Shown here: piece after piece, positions 52,709-64,000 of the stretch | Layout: each line of letters opens with the position of its first letter | How positions within the stretch are numbered: position 1 is the first letter of the stretch | NCBI RefSeq assembly: GCF_963921235.1 | Contig: NC_086097.1 | Location: forward strand, 167,836,001 to 167,900,000 | Direction: 5' to 3' | From: Mobula hypostoma | Lineage: Eukaryota | Length of the DNA stretch: 64,000 nt | Program-made: the position numbers and the translations under genes | The notes under the pieces: model-generated | Databases searched by the model: none | What the model was told of the DNA's origin: nothing | What the model saw: only the letters and a program-made list of their open reading frames with translations

Positions 52709-55700
52709 TACTGTATACTGTGCCCACCTGTGTGAGTTGCGTAAAGACATGTCAGAGAGATTTCAGTATCTTCTCTTGATCCAAATTCCAGATTGGGTAA
52801 TAAATCCATTTGTGAACACTTGTAATGAGGAACTAACAGGAAGGGTGGAGGAAGAACTGATCTCGCTGCAAAGTAAAAAGGCATATCAAGACGTTTAGTT
52901 GCAGGAAGAAATCTCTGATTGCTATCCTGCACTTTGGGAAAAGGTCAAGGTGCTCTGGATTGCCTTTCCATCATCATATTTAGTGGAGGGTGGATTCAGT
53001 GCTGTTGCTCAACTTCTTTCAAAGCAAGGAAACAGACTGCGGGTTCTCGAACATGGGGATCTGAGACATTTAGCCTGATGTTGAGAAGCTGCTGACACTA
53101 CACCAAACACATCCACTGAAAGGTGAAAAAGCAATGAAGTCGTAAATCAGTGGACTGTGCTCTATGCTCTAAAACTGTTGATGAAATTTTTTTATTGTAA
53201 TTATATAAAGAAATGATTTTATTTGTAACTTCAAATATGTTTGAATATTTTCTGCAATTATATGTCACTGCTTTGAATTTGCAGTTCCTATTTTCTTTCA
53301 CTGTGCATCATAAAACAAAATCCCTTATAGTTTTTAATGCAATAGCCAGAAAGGAAGGAGGGAACACTGGGGATGCGGTCCAGGAGCCAAGAGACCAGTA
53401 ACCCAAAGAAATTTAGGAACTACTGTTCTTAGTACTTTTATGAAGTGGATTGGCAAGTGAGGTCCAAAAATAAAATGGCTTGTAATTCTTCCTTTGAATT
53501 TGAACTTGAGTTTTGACTCCTGGAATTAAATGATTTTGTTGGGTTAACCTGAGAGGTTTGTGAACTCTGTGTACTGAGAGGAAATGTTAATTACATCAGA
53601 GGTGTACAGCCTGGAAACTGGCCCTTTGACCCACTGTGTGTATGCCAATCCTCATAGTTATCTATACCAAACCCTTCGACTTGCATTAATTCCATATCCC
53701 TCTGTACCCTGCTCATTCCAGTAGCTACCCAGATACATCTCACACGAGATTCTGCAGATGCTAGAAATCCAAAGCAACACACAGAAATGCTGGAGGAACT
53801 CACTAGATTAGGCAACATCTATGGGAATGAATAAATAGTCAATGTTTTGAGCCAAGACCCTTCTTCAGATACATCTTAAATGTTGATACTGTTCCTTTCT
53901 CCACCACCTCCTATAGCAGCTCGAACCAAATACCAAATATGTTTCTGTGAATTAAAAAAAAAATACCCCCAAGATCCTGCTGCCTCTTGGTGGAAGAATT
54001 CAAATAAAGTACTCTTCTCTTAGCAATTGGCTTACATTTTTTGCCAAAGATCACAGGACAACGCTTCCACTTTCCCAGTAAAATCAGCTGCTTCTTGATT
54101 TCCCAGTCGATGTAAATCTGCATTTATTGTTACTTTGGGATCTGACCCTGGATTTAGCCAGTATAGACTGCCAACTGTCTGGTAGATTTTGAGAACCCTT
54201 TGTGAAGTATGCTTGCTATTTTCTTCCACTACCCAGTGATAGGGAACCCACAGCAGTGTTTGTAGTAGATCATCAAACTGCACAGTGGAAATATCTTCAG
54301 AGGTACTACATGAGTCATCTGTTGGATTCATGGAAAGGAAGTTCTATACTGTGCAGCAACTGCCATAACACTGAGGAGCTTGACAGGGAAGGGAGATAAT
54401 TGCACCTTCAAAAAAACTACCCAGTTTTACAAAGATTTTATTTTTCTTTCTTCAATAACAGCAGTTCTTCATGGGAGGAACACTGAGGAAGGATTTTAGG
54501 CACAGTGTCAGATTTTGCATGACTGTCATCCTGGGATTTTTCAGTTGTGCTGTTTAAATGTTACCAGCTGTATTTTTAAAATACTTTGAAGGAAATATTC
54601 TATTTAAACAACTTAACTGGAAAATCTTTCCATCATTCAAGTTTTTATTGGTAGACCTATTATGTGGTTGCAGGTGTTAGGATACACCTGCTTATCACAG
54701 ACTATCAGACAGGAACAATACCGCAAAATTGGAGGCCTTTTGGCTGAGTCCACTTGTTCAAGGTCACTTTACATAACTTCATCATATTAATAAGCTTCTC
54801 CTCACATTGGGAAAAAGTTACCTAAGATTTTCACAATTAGAAGTGTTGTTTGAACATACAACATTACAACAGAAGAACACATCCTTTGGCTGATACTGTC
54901 TGTGTCAACCATGATGTCAAATTAAACTTCACCCTGCACATGATCCATGTCCTTCCATATCTCTACAAATATTGTCATTGTCTGTCAGTTATATTTCAAG
55001 TGAAGTGTTGTATGAATCAGAAGCCAACGCCACAAGAAGTTCTTTGGGCTGTGCTCCACATGACCATTCTCTTCTCTTTTGAAAAGTGGTAGCTGAAAAC
55101 AGACCATACACGCTAAAGCAGTTTGGTCATGTTTAGCTACAGCTCAGATAGTACAGAGTGGCAGGTCAAAGTAGGGCCAGCAATAGAGTCTGCAGGACAA
55201 CTACTTCATGGCTGCATTGCAAATAGGGACCTTGGACAATAATGCAAGGTTAGCTCACCGAGATGTTTCAGTGGAATTCTATGTTGGCCTATGGTGCAGT
55301 GTGAGCACTACACAATGAAAGGTGAAAACACACAAAATGCTGTTGGCAGTATTGATGCTCCAGTCACTGTGAAAGGTCTTGAGTTGAAATGTCAAATGAT
55401 TATTCCCCTCCATTGATATGTGCTGGCCCAGATAAGGCAAGACCTTAAGACATAGGAGCAGAATTAGACTATTCTGCCCATCGCGGCTGCTCCGCTATTC
55501 ACTCATGGCTGATTTATCTTCTTCTCAAACCTTTTCTCTTGCCTTCTCCCCATAACCTTTGACATTCTTCCTAACCAAGAACCTATCAAGCCCTATTTTA
55601 AATGAATTCCACAGATTCACCACCCTGTGGCTCCTTATTTATTTTCCAAATGGGGTATCCTATTCTGAGGCTGTGCCCTCTGGTCCTACACACTCCCACT

Positions 55701-58385
55701 ATTAGAAGCATCCTTTCCACATCCGATCTACCTCAGCCTTTCAATATGTAGTAGGTGATTCCAGCATCTGCAGTGTCTTGTGTCTCCACAGGGAAAGGTG
55801 AGCTACGTAAATGGGGGATTGCCTTCATGCTGTACAATTGGGTTTCCTTCTTTGTAGGTGGTGGTCATTCCTGTTCGTTGTATATGGCTGTTGACAAACA
55901 AGAGCAAAAGTAGAAACTATTTAAGGACCATGAACATTTTTAGAATATTTATAGATTCTCAGCTTATGCTGGAAGTTGCTTGGATTTTGTTGCATGTTGC
56001 TTTTTATTTTTGTGTTGTGCTTCAGTTCTATTTGACATTACGTTGTCAGAGTATTGGCAATAGATTTTAATGTTTTAATAAAACTTAGGACACTTAAAGA
56101 TGTCACATGCTCTATAACTACAGGAGGTACTGCCTCCAGACAGCAACATACATTGACAAAGATCACCACCATATAGGCCAAGCATTTCCTCAAGACTGCC
56201 ATCAGAAAAAAAGTACAAAAGGGACTGATTTCTCACAACACCAGGTTCAAGAACAGCTACTTCCCTTCAACTATTTGGCTGTTAAACCAACATGCACAAC
56301 CCTAGTTCTGTATTGTAACACAATTACCACTTTCCTCTGCAGAGGACTCTTTCTTGTTCTAATTGTATTCTTTCTTGTCTTGTGAATGTTGTTTCTCTAT
56401 TGCTACCTGTCTGTGGTGCTGCTGTGAGTAAGTTTCACATTGCACCTGTGTTTACATGTATGTGTAGTTATGGCAATGACAATAAACTCGATCTCAAACT
56501 CAAGTACAATCTAGGAAGAATACTTTCCCCTTCCATTTCCAGGATTTCCTCTGTAGTTTACAGAATGTATCAGCCAGAAGAATGATCCCAACAAGCCCTT
56601 AATGAGTCTTGCACTCAATTATGTTAAGGCTGTTTGCACTCAATTTTAATGGCTAGCCAGGATTTACAGTGTATAGAGTAGCCACCGAACGTAATAGAGG
56701 TCCTGTCCCCTGAACTATTGCATTACTGGTGCCAACACCACTGTTATTGCAGCAAATGTGTCCCAAAGCACAGTGTAGGAGTTTTATCAAACAGAATTTG
56801 TCTCCTAACCATAGAAGGAGATGCAAAGATCAGACACCAAAGGCTTGGTCAAAAAGAGAGATGTCAAATAGGCTGGTGGGAGGTGTTGAAGAGCTGTGTG
56901 TTAAGGCAGCTCGAGTGCAAAGCTTGCCAGTAGTAAAGTGGAGAAAACTGAAGGTCAGGACTAACGTGTCATTACATAACATGCTTAATGTGTTCCTTTC
57001 AGGTCATTTCTTTGGACTGATAAGGAGCAATGCTTTTATATAAAACAACAGTTTATCCACAAATGTTTGGTGCTGCCAGAACTAAATCTATGTGAACAGA
57101 GCAGTGATCTGTGCTGTGGAATATCTTTCATGATATGATTCCTTAACATAAGCAAATAGATGCTAACAAAACTTACTTCCTTTTGAGGTTTAAATACCTT
57201 GATATTGCCATCTTTCCCACACATTTTTGTTTTCATCTCAACCAGCATTCAGAGAGATTAAAAGTAGTGTTTTCCATGACACGTCCTGTCAGGATGTGCT
57301 AATATTTCAGTCAACCAAATATATCTATTGTTCACTAAATTTAACAATTTGATTTAATTATACAGAATAGATTATGTGAAAAATAAGAAACATGGAAACT
57401 CTCTTTATACTGGCTTTCTCTCTCTCTCTCTCTCTCTATCTTTCAGTTCAAATGAAGGGTCTCGATCCAAAACATGGACTGTCCATTTCCCTTCACTGAT
57501 AATTCTCAATCCACTGAGTTCCTCCAGCCTGTTGGGGTTGCTATAGAAATGGGCCATTCAGCCCACTTTACCAATGCTGACTCTTGTGCTGTTGCTTCTT
57601 CAGATGTGGAAACAGGGGAGAAGGCTAGAGCAGAGCATGCACTGGTTTGGCTCAGTGACCTGACACAGTATCCTACGTCTATATCCTGTGTCACCCTGTG
57701 TAAGCAATAATTTCCGGGCAAGGGCAAATTATAATGGGCCTGAAAGCAAAATACTTCAAATGAATTTAATCTAAAATAAAACCCCCACCTGCCATAAATC
57801 TTCAACAGGTGGGTCAGATTAATTTCCCCAGAAAGCTGTGTTGGCTTGAGGATTCCCAGCTTTATCTGTTTTCTTTTTCAGTTTTTGTTTCTGAATAATT
57901 GATAATGTCTTTATTATTGTCACGTACTGAGAGAGAGTATTCTGCTTGCCAGACAGATCTTTCCATACATCTGTACATTGAGGTAGTACAAAAGGAAAAG
58001 CAACAATAGAGTTACTGTGCCAGAGAAAGTGCATTGCTGGTAGACAGTGGTCAAGGACCAAGGCAAAATAGGTTGAGAGATCAAAGATTTTTTTTTATCA
58101 GAAAAGAGCTCCATTGTGAAGAGATTGGTATAGAATCTATCCTTGAGCCTGGTGGTGCATGCTTTCAGACCTTAGTATCATCTGCCCAATGGCAAGCATA
58201 AGAAGAGAAAATGAATAACATGAGAGGATTCTGTAATTATGTTGCCTGTTTTTCTGAGGCAGCAAGAAATATAGATGGTTCATTAAAGGGAGACTTGTTT
58301 TCATGGTGGACGGAGCTGTGTCCACAAATCTCTGCAATTTTTAGAGTCTTGGGCAGAAAGGTTGCCATAATCAAGCTTGGATGCA

Positions 58386-59087
58386 CTGTAAAAACTGCAC
58401 ACGGATTACATCTGTAAAAACTGCACACAATTACATCTATAAAAACTGCACACAATTACATCTGTAAAAACTGCACATGGATTACATCTGTAAAAACTGC
58501 ACACGGATTACATCTATAAAAACTGCACACGGATTACATCTGTAAAAACTGCACACAATTACATCTATAAAAACTGCACACAATTACATCTGTAAAAACT
58601 GCACACGGATTACATCTGTAAAAACTGCACACAATTACATCTGTAAAAACTGCACACGGATTACATCTATAAAAACTGCACACGGATTACATCTATAAAA
58701 ACTGTACACGATTACATCTGTAAAAACTGCACACGGATTACATCTGTAAAAACTGCACACGGATTACATCTATAAAAACTGTACACGATTACATCTGTAA
58801 AAACTGCACACAGATTACATCTGTAAAAACTGTACACGGATTACATCTGTAAAAACTGCACACAGATTACATCTATAAAAACTGCACACAATTACATCTA
58901 TAAAAACTGCACACAGATTACATCTGTAAAAACTGCACACAATTACATCTATAAAAACTGCACACAATTACATCTATAAAAACTGCACACGGATTACATC
59001 TGTAAAAACTGCACACAATTACATCTATAAAAACTGCACATGGATTACATCTGTAAAAACTGCACACAGGTTACATCTATAAAAACT
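58386..59087. repeat. 26-bp minisatellite, about 27 copies
   Basis: Unit AAAAACTGCACAC(G/A)(G/A)TTACATCT(G/A)T-like, head to tail, with 25-bp variants and no spacers. Confidence 0.97.
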
Positions 59088-59194
59088 AGTGAGGACCTTT
59101 GTTGCGTCTATAAAGACCGGTGAGGACCTTTGATGTATCTATAAAGATTTGCGAGGACCTTTGCTGCTTCTATAAAGACTAGTGAGGACCTTTG
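59076..59194. repeat. 31-bp tandem repeat, about 4 copies
   Basis: GAGGACCTTT recurs at 59091, 59122, 59153 and 59184. Confidence 0.93.
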
Positions 59195-59407
59195 GAACAT
59201 GCCAAATTTTCTTGGCCTTCTTGGACAGCAGCATTCAGTAAATGTGAGTCCCATGATGAGCGGGTCAGTCTAGCACATCTGTTGGGTTATCAGTTCACTT
59301 CTATCCATTTAAATGTGGCAGTGCTCTCAGAGTGTTGCCATGTATCACAGGGGCAGTGGCTGGCTTTATATGGGCTTTAATAAGTTTGCCTAATGTTTTG
59401 CAAAAAT

Positions 59408-60465
59408 TAGAATCAGAATTAGCACCGGCATGTGTTGTGGAATTTGTTAACTTAGCAGCAGCAGTTCAATGCAATACATAATATAGAAGAAAAAACATAA
59501 TAACATAATAATAAATAAATTACAGTATAAGTATATTGAATAGATTAAAAATCATGCAAAAAACAAAAATAATATATATTTAAAAAGTAAGGTAGTGTTC
59601 AAGGGTTCAATGTCCATTTAGGAATTAGATGGCAGAGGGGAAGAAGCTGTTCCTGAATCGCTGAGTGTGTGCCTTCAGGCTTCTGTACCTCCTATCTGAT
59701 GGTAACAGTGAGAAAAGGGCATGCGCTGGGTGCTGGCGGTCCTTAATAATGGACACTGCCTTTCTGAGACACCGCTCCTTGAAGTTGTCCTGGGTACTTT
59801 GTAGGCTTGTACCCAAGATGGAGCTGACTAAATTTACAACCCTCTGCAGCTTCTTTCGGTCCTGTGCAGTAGCCCTCCATACCAGACAGTGATGCAGCCT
59901 GTTAGAATGCTCCCCACAGTACAACTATAGAAGTTTTTGAGTGTATTTGTTGACATACCAAATCTCTTCAAACTCCCAATGAAGTGTAGTCGCTGTCTTA
60001 CCTCCTTTATAACTACATCAATATGTTGGGGCCAGGTTAGGTCCTCAGAGATCGTGACACCCAGGAACTTGAAACTGTTCACTCTCTCCACTTCTGATCC
60101 CTCTATGAGGATTGGTCTGTGTTCCTTCGTCTTACCCTTCCTGAAGTCCACAATCAGCTCTTTCGTCTTACTGACGTTGAGTTCAAGGTTGTTGCTGTGA
60201 CACCACTCCATTAGTTGGTATACCTCGCTCCTGTACGCCCTCTTGTCATCACCTGAGATTCTACCAACAATGGTTGTATCATCAGCAAATTTATAGATGG
60301 CATTTGAGCTATACCTAGCCACACAGTCATGGGTATATAGAGAGTAGAGCAGTGGGCTAACCACACACCCCTGAGGTGCACCAGTGTTGATCGTCAGCCA
60401 GGAGGAGATGTTATCACCAATCTGCACAGATTATGATCTTCCGGTTGGGAAGTCGAGGATTCAAT
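59408..60465 (-). mobile_element. Rex1/Babar LINE 3' portion, well preserved
   Basis: ORF 59834-60427: GAPQGCVVSPLLYSLYTHDC...YKFADDTT...LNVSKTKELIVDFRK; 3' UTR with (TTCTGA)-type tail. Confidence 0.93.
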
Positions 60466-61544
60466 TATAACTTTAAAGTTCAAAGTAAATTTATTATCAA
60501 AGAGCATAACTGTAGTCATAAGGTACCTTGATTCATTTTCTTGCAGGCATATACAGGAAAAAAATAAAATAGAATTTTATGATAAGTTTCCCAGTAAGCA
60601 AACCAAGTGTGAAAAATGAACAACATGTGTCTTACCACCTTTCTTCCATTTCTGGTACTCCTTTGAAAACAGCCATGTTGTTCACAAGTGGCAGCAGATG
60701 CTAGAATCTGAAGGAAGCTGCCGGAGGAGCAAAATGGGTCCAACAGCATCTGTGGAAGCAAAGAGATAGTTAGTATTTTGTGTTCTGATGCATGGTCTAA
60801 GCCTAGAACATCAATAGACCCTCTTCCTCCACAGATGCTGCTTGACCTGCTGAAATTTATTTAGAGATTTAGCATGGGAATAGACCCTTCCGGCTCAAAT
60901 ATTGCCAATTACACCGTGTCCCTCTTTAGAATGTGGTAGGAAAACGGACCCAGAGGAAACCAATGCAGCAGTAACTCCTTACAGACTGCGGCAGAATTGA
61001 ACTCGTCTTAGTGGTGCTGTATAGTAGTATGTAAGTCATTACGTTATAGCTTGCTTTTATCCACTACGCATACAGCAGAGTAATGGGCACGGTTTAACAG
61101 TATTGGCTGAGGACTGGTGATCCAGGACTCTGGCCGATTGTTTACCCATGATTTCGCAAACTAACTGTGCATCATGAAATCTAGTTTCCACTTAAACAAG
61201 AGTGAATTTTTTCTCCTGTGGCAGAGCTGGCTTTTCTCCCCTCCTCAAATGACTTCCAAGAGCAGCCCCTTTGTTGTTTGATTAATTGCTAGAACAGTTT
61301 CCAAAAGGAGGACAGGAGGGGAAGACAGCCTTATTCAGCAAGGGAAGCTGGTGTAGTTGCTGCCAAAGTGAGTTTGAATCCAGGACTCTGACTTCTTTTC
61401 ACAATTAGCAGCTCGGGCTTCACAGCGTCCGAGTGGAAAGGCACACTCTCTGTGGGAAACACTGCTCTGTAATGGTTCTGCATGTGTTCCCTCTCCTCGA
61501 GCACAGAGTCTCTATGAGCACTCCCTCATAATCTGTGTCTGTGT

Positions 61545-62335
61545 CCTCGCCCTCCTACTGTGCTCTCTATGCGCTCTCTCTCTGCACTTTCCCTCCCTTT
61601 CTACGCACCCCTTCTCTGTGTCCGCAACACCTCCCTCAATCTGCACCCCTTCCCTCTCTCCGCACGCCCTCCCTCTCTGCATGCCCTCCCTCTCTCCGCA
61701 CGCCCCCCCTCTCTCCGCACGCCCCCACTCTCTCTGCACACCCTCCTCTCCCCACTCCCACTCTCTATCTCTCTCTCCACTCCTTCCTCTTCACTCCTCA
61801 CTCTCTCTACACTCCGTCACTCTGTATCCCTTCCCTCTCTTCACACTCCTACCTCTTTCTGCACTCCTACGCCCCTCCCTCTCTGCACTCTGCTTTGCAC
61901 TATTCTCTTTGTGCTCACTCTCAGTCTCAGCTTTCTCACTCTACCTTTTCTCTCTTGTTTTTTTTGTCTGTACCTCTCTCTACCACTGCACTCACGCTGC
62001 AGGTCCTCATCTGCCTCCTTATGTCGTTTGTGCTCTCTTTTATCACTCACTCTCTCTTTCTTTCTTTGTCTCTCTGCATACTCTTTATCCCTTTCTCTCG
62101 CCCCCCCAATCTGTGCACTTCTGCTTGCTCACTCTCCCTTTTTATCTCTAGCCTTCTCCTTCCCTCTCTCTTTGTTCTCTCTCTGTCTGTCTCTCTGTCT
62201 CTCTCTCTCTCTCTCTCCTCTCTCCCTCTCCTCTCCCTCTCCTCTCCTCTCCCTCTCCTCTCTCTCTCCTCTCTCTCTCCTCTCTCCTCTCTCTCTCTCT
62301 CTCACTCCTCTCTCTTTCTCCTCCCCCCCCTTCTC
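61545..62335. repeat. CT-rich low-complexity tract and (CT)n microsatellite
   Basis: Strong polypyrimidine bias; short CCCTCTCTCCGCACGCC repeats; nearly pure C/T from about 62150 to 62335. Confidence 0.9.
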
Positions 62336-62798
62336 CTGACATGGCTACTCTCTGTCTTGCATCCCCAGTCTGAAATGGCCACTGTATCTTTGCCCCACAT
62401 GCCAAAACCAGTTTCGGTAGGTGCTGTGGTGCTTTACCTGGGGCCGTACACATACTTGCCTGCATGGCTAATCCTCTCTGACAGGACAGCCACGATGCCC
62501 TGTGTTTATTTGGAATCTTGCTGCAGCTTTGGGCTTTCCCTTTCGAGCCTGCGACTGACCCAGATTGCTGGTTCAGTGACGTGTGGTGCTTCCCTCCCAA
62601 GTGTGGAACTGAACGTCAGCTTTCTCCTTGCTGACGTGTGTGCCATTGTCAACAAAGGCCAGAGAAAAGCAAATCTTCCACTGCTCTGCACAACTAGTGA
62701 CTGTGAGTAGCAAGAGAAACTCGCACGCTGGTCCGGTGTCTGGTCAGGAGCTACTACTCCACTTCATAAGCAAGCCACATATTTTCAGTGTGATATCC

Positions 62799-63574
62799 TA
62801 GCGGTCCCCAACCACCGGGCTGCGGACCGGTACCAGGCTGCAAAGCATGTGCTACCGGGCCACGAGGAAATGATACGAGTCAACTGCACCTTTCCTCATT
62901 CCCTGTCACACACTGTTGAACTTGAACATAGGGTTGCCAACTGTCCCGTATTTGCCGGGACATCCCATATATTGGGACCACCCTTGTCCCGTATTTTCCC
63001 CGCTAAGGTAGAGCGTTCCTATGAAACCGTAAGCGGAAATGGCGTAAAACGAAGAAGGAATTACCATTAATTTATATGGGAAAATTTTTTGAGCATTCCC
63101 AGACCCGAAAAATAACCTACCAAATCATACCAAATAACACAAAACCTAAAATAACACTAACATATAGTAAAAGCAGGAATGATATGATAAATACACAGCC
63201 TATATAAAATAGAAATAATGTATTACAGTGTAGTTTCACATAACAGAATCAGGAAGATTAAACCAAAACCGATTTGTAGAAAAAAATCGGCACGTACACA
63301 CATGCGCATGTCATGTATGCTCACGTCATGCACGCGCACAGAGCTTCGTGGTCATGGTAGTCTTTCTCAGGGTAAACACAAGTGTCCCATATTTGACTGC
63401 TACTTTTGTCCCTTATTTGGGTGTGAGAAAGTTGGCAACCCTAACTGTAAAAGACATTCTGAGGTGAGTTTAACCCAACTTGAACACCCCCCCCCCCACC
63501 GCCCGTCGGCCGGTCCACAAGAATATTGTCAATATTAAACCAGTCCGCGGTGCAAAAGTGGTTGGGGATCCCTG
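62799..63574. mobile_element. Composite non-autonomous hAT element (MITE)
   Basis: TIRs (T)AGCGGTCCCCAACC / GGTTGGGGATCCCTG; perfect 8-bp TSD TGATATCC (62791-62798 and 63575-63582). Inner TIR pair TAGGGTTGCCAACT / AGTTGGCAACCCTA (62929-63443). Confidence 0.92.
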
Positions 63575-63774
63575 TGATATCCCACTGGCTAATGTGCGTT
63601 GTCTGTCCCTTTACATTCCCCAAAGCTGGTTAACAAACTATGTCTCTTTTTTTTTGAATTCCTGAAAGATTACATGGGAGTATTGAATGGAGAAAACTTT
63701 TCTCCACAGACAGGCTATTCAGATCTGGAGGGCTTGGGTTTAGGTGAGCGATGAGATGTTTAGAGGGGATCTGA

Positions 63775-63992
63775 GGAAGAACAGGGAGATAATGCTGCAA
63801 CTGTACAGGGTACTGGTGAGCCTGCACCTGGAGTACTGTGTGCATTTCTGGTCTCCTTACTTGAGAAAGGATATACTGGCTTTAGAGGTGGTGCAGACGA
63901 GGTTCACCAGGTTGATTCCAGAGATGAGGGGATTAGACTATGAGGAGAGATTGAATCACAGGGTCTGTTCTCACTGGAATTCAGAAGAATGG
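63775..63992 (+). mobile_element. CR1 LINE 3' fragment
   Basis: MLQLYRVLVSLHLEYCVHFWSPYLRKDILALEVVQTRFTRLIPEMRGLDYEERL. Confidence 0.88.
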
Positions 63993-64000
63993 CAGCATAT

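Larger units (their letters stand above)
43841..53425 (+). mobile_element. Buster/Charlie-type hAT transposon (ZBED5/SCAND3-like transposase), decayed and split by nested insertions
   Basis: TIRs CAGTGGTTCCCAAA / TTTAGGAACTACTG. Collinear transposase pieces: KCRQYSEEYLKYGF..PMCLLC..LEHLKRIH (BED finger), KPHTIG-ELVLPA, SDNSVQRRIDEM | TEFALLLDESTLPG, CATDGA, HCVIHR, LLLRTEVR | LIEVK...DDLQV | YCAHLCELRKDMSERFQ...IPDWVINPF, FPSSYLVEGGFS. Confidence 0.9.
57895..59225 (-). mobile_element. Rex1/Babar 3' fragment hosting two minisatellite expansions
   Basis: LQRFVDTAPSTMKTSLP-like remnant and typical 3' UTR to the left of the arrays; ggaacatgccaaattttctt (RKFGM) to the right. Confidence 0.7.

Noticed and set aside
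44477..53050. Domesticated ZBED/SCAND3-like host gene
   Set aside because: Multiple stops, frameshifts and nested insertions, with TIRs retained: a dead transposon.
43833..53433. 8-bp TSD for the large hAT
   Set aside because: Flanks TTCAAGCT and TTCTTAGT agree only partly, so they were not used as evidence.
54032..54331. 99-aa minus-strand ORF with protein-like composition
   Set aside because: No family recognised; length is within chance expectation.
58386..59087. CRISPR-like array
   Set aside because: Units are contiguous with no unique spacers, no cas genes are present and the context is eukaryotic. It is a minisatellite.
61535..62710. 391-aa ORF and overlapping long ORFs
   Set aside because: Artefact of the stop-poor CT-rich tract; Leu/Ser/Pro low complexity with no domain.

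Overview
Eukaryotic, repeat-saturated intronic DNA, not prokaryotic. The repeat set (CR1, Rex1/Babar, L2, Penelope-like elements, tRNA-derived SINEs, Tc1, Tigger, hAT) points to a cartilaginous fish, probably a ray; this is inferred from family recall, not a search. Only one host coding feature is recognisable: a 98-bp internal exon at 33535-33632 (+) of a Gs-family G-alpha gene, most likely GNAL, with no neighbouring exon seen on either side. Almost all ORFs in the track are transposon debris or noise. I found no convincing novel protein system. The most interesting structures are: (1) a 1.6-kb fully palindromic Tc1 derivative; (2) a family of hammerhead-ribozyme-bearing Penelope-derived mini-elements, one with an intact core next to the exon; (3) a multi-level nested transposon stack in a Buster-type hAT; (4) a hAT-like element with a 6-bp TSD; (5) a Tigger MITE very like human MER2; (6) a composite hAT/hAT/Tigger MITE with a perfect TSD; (7) two minisatellites that expanded inside a LINE. 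Boundaries of degenerate repeats are approximate.
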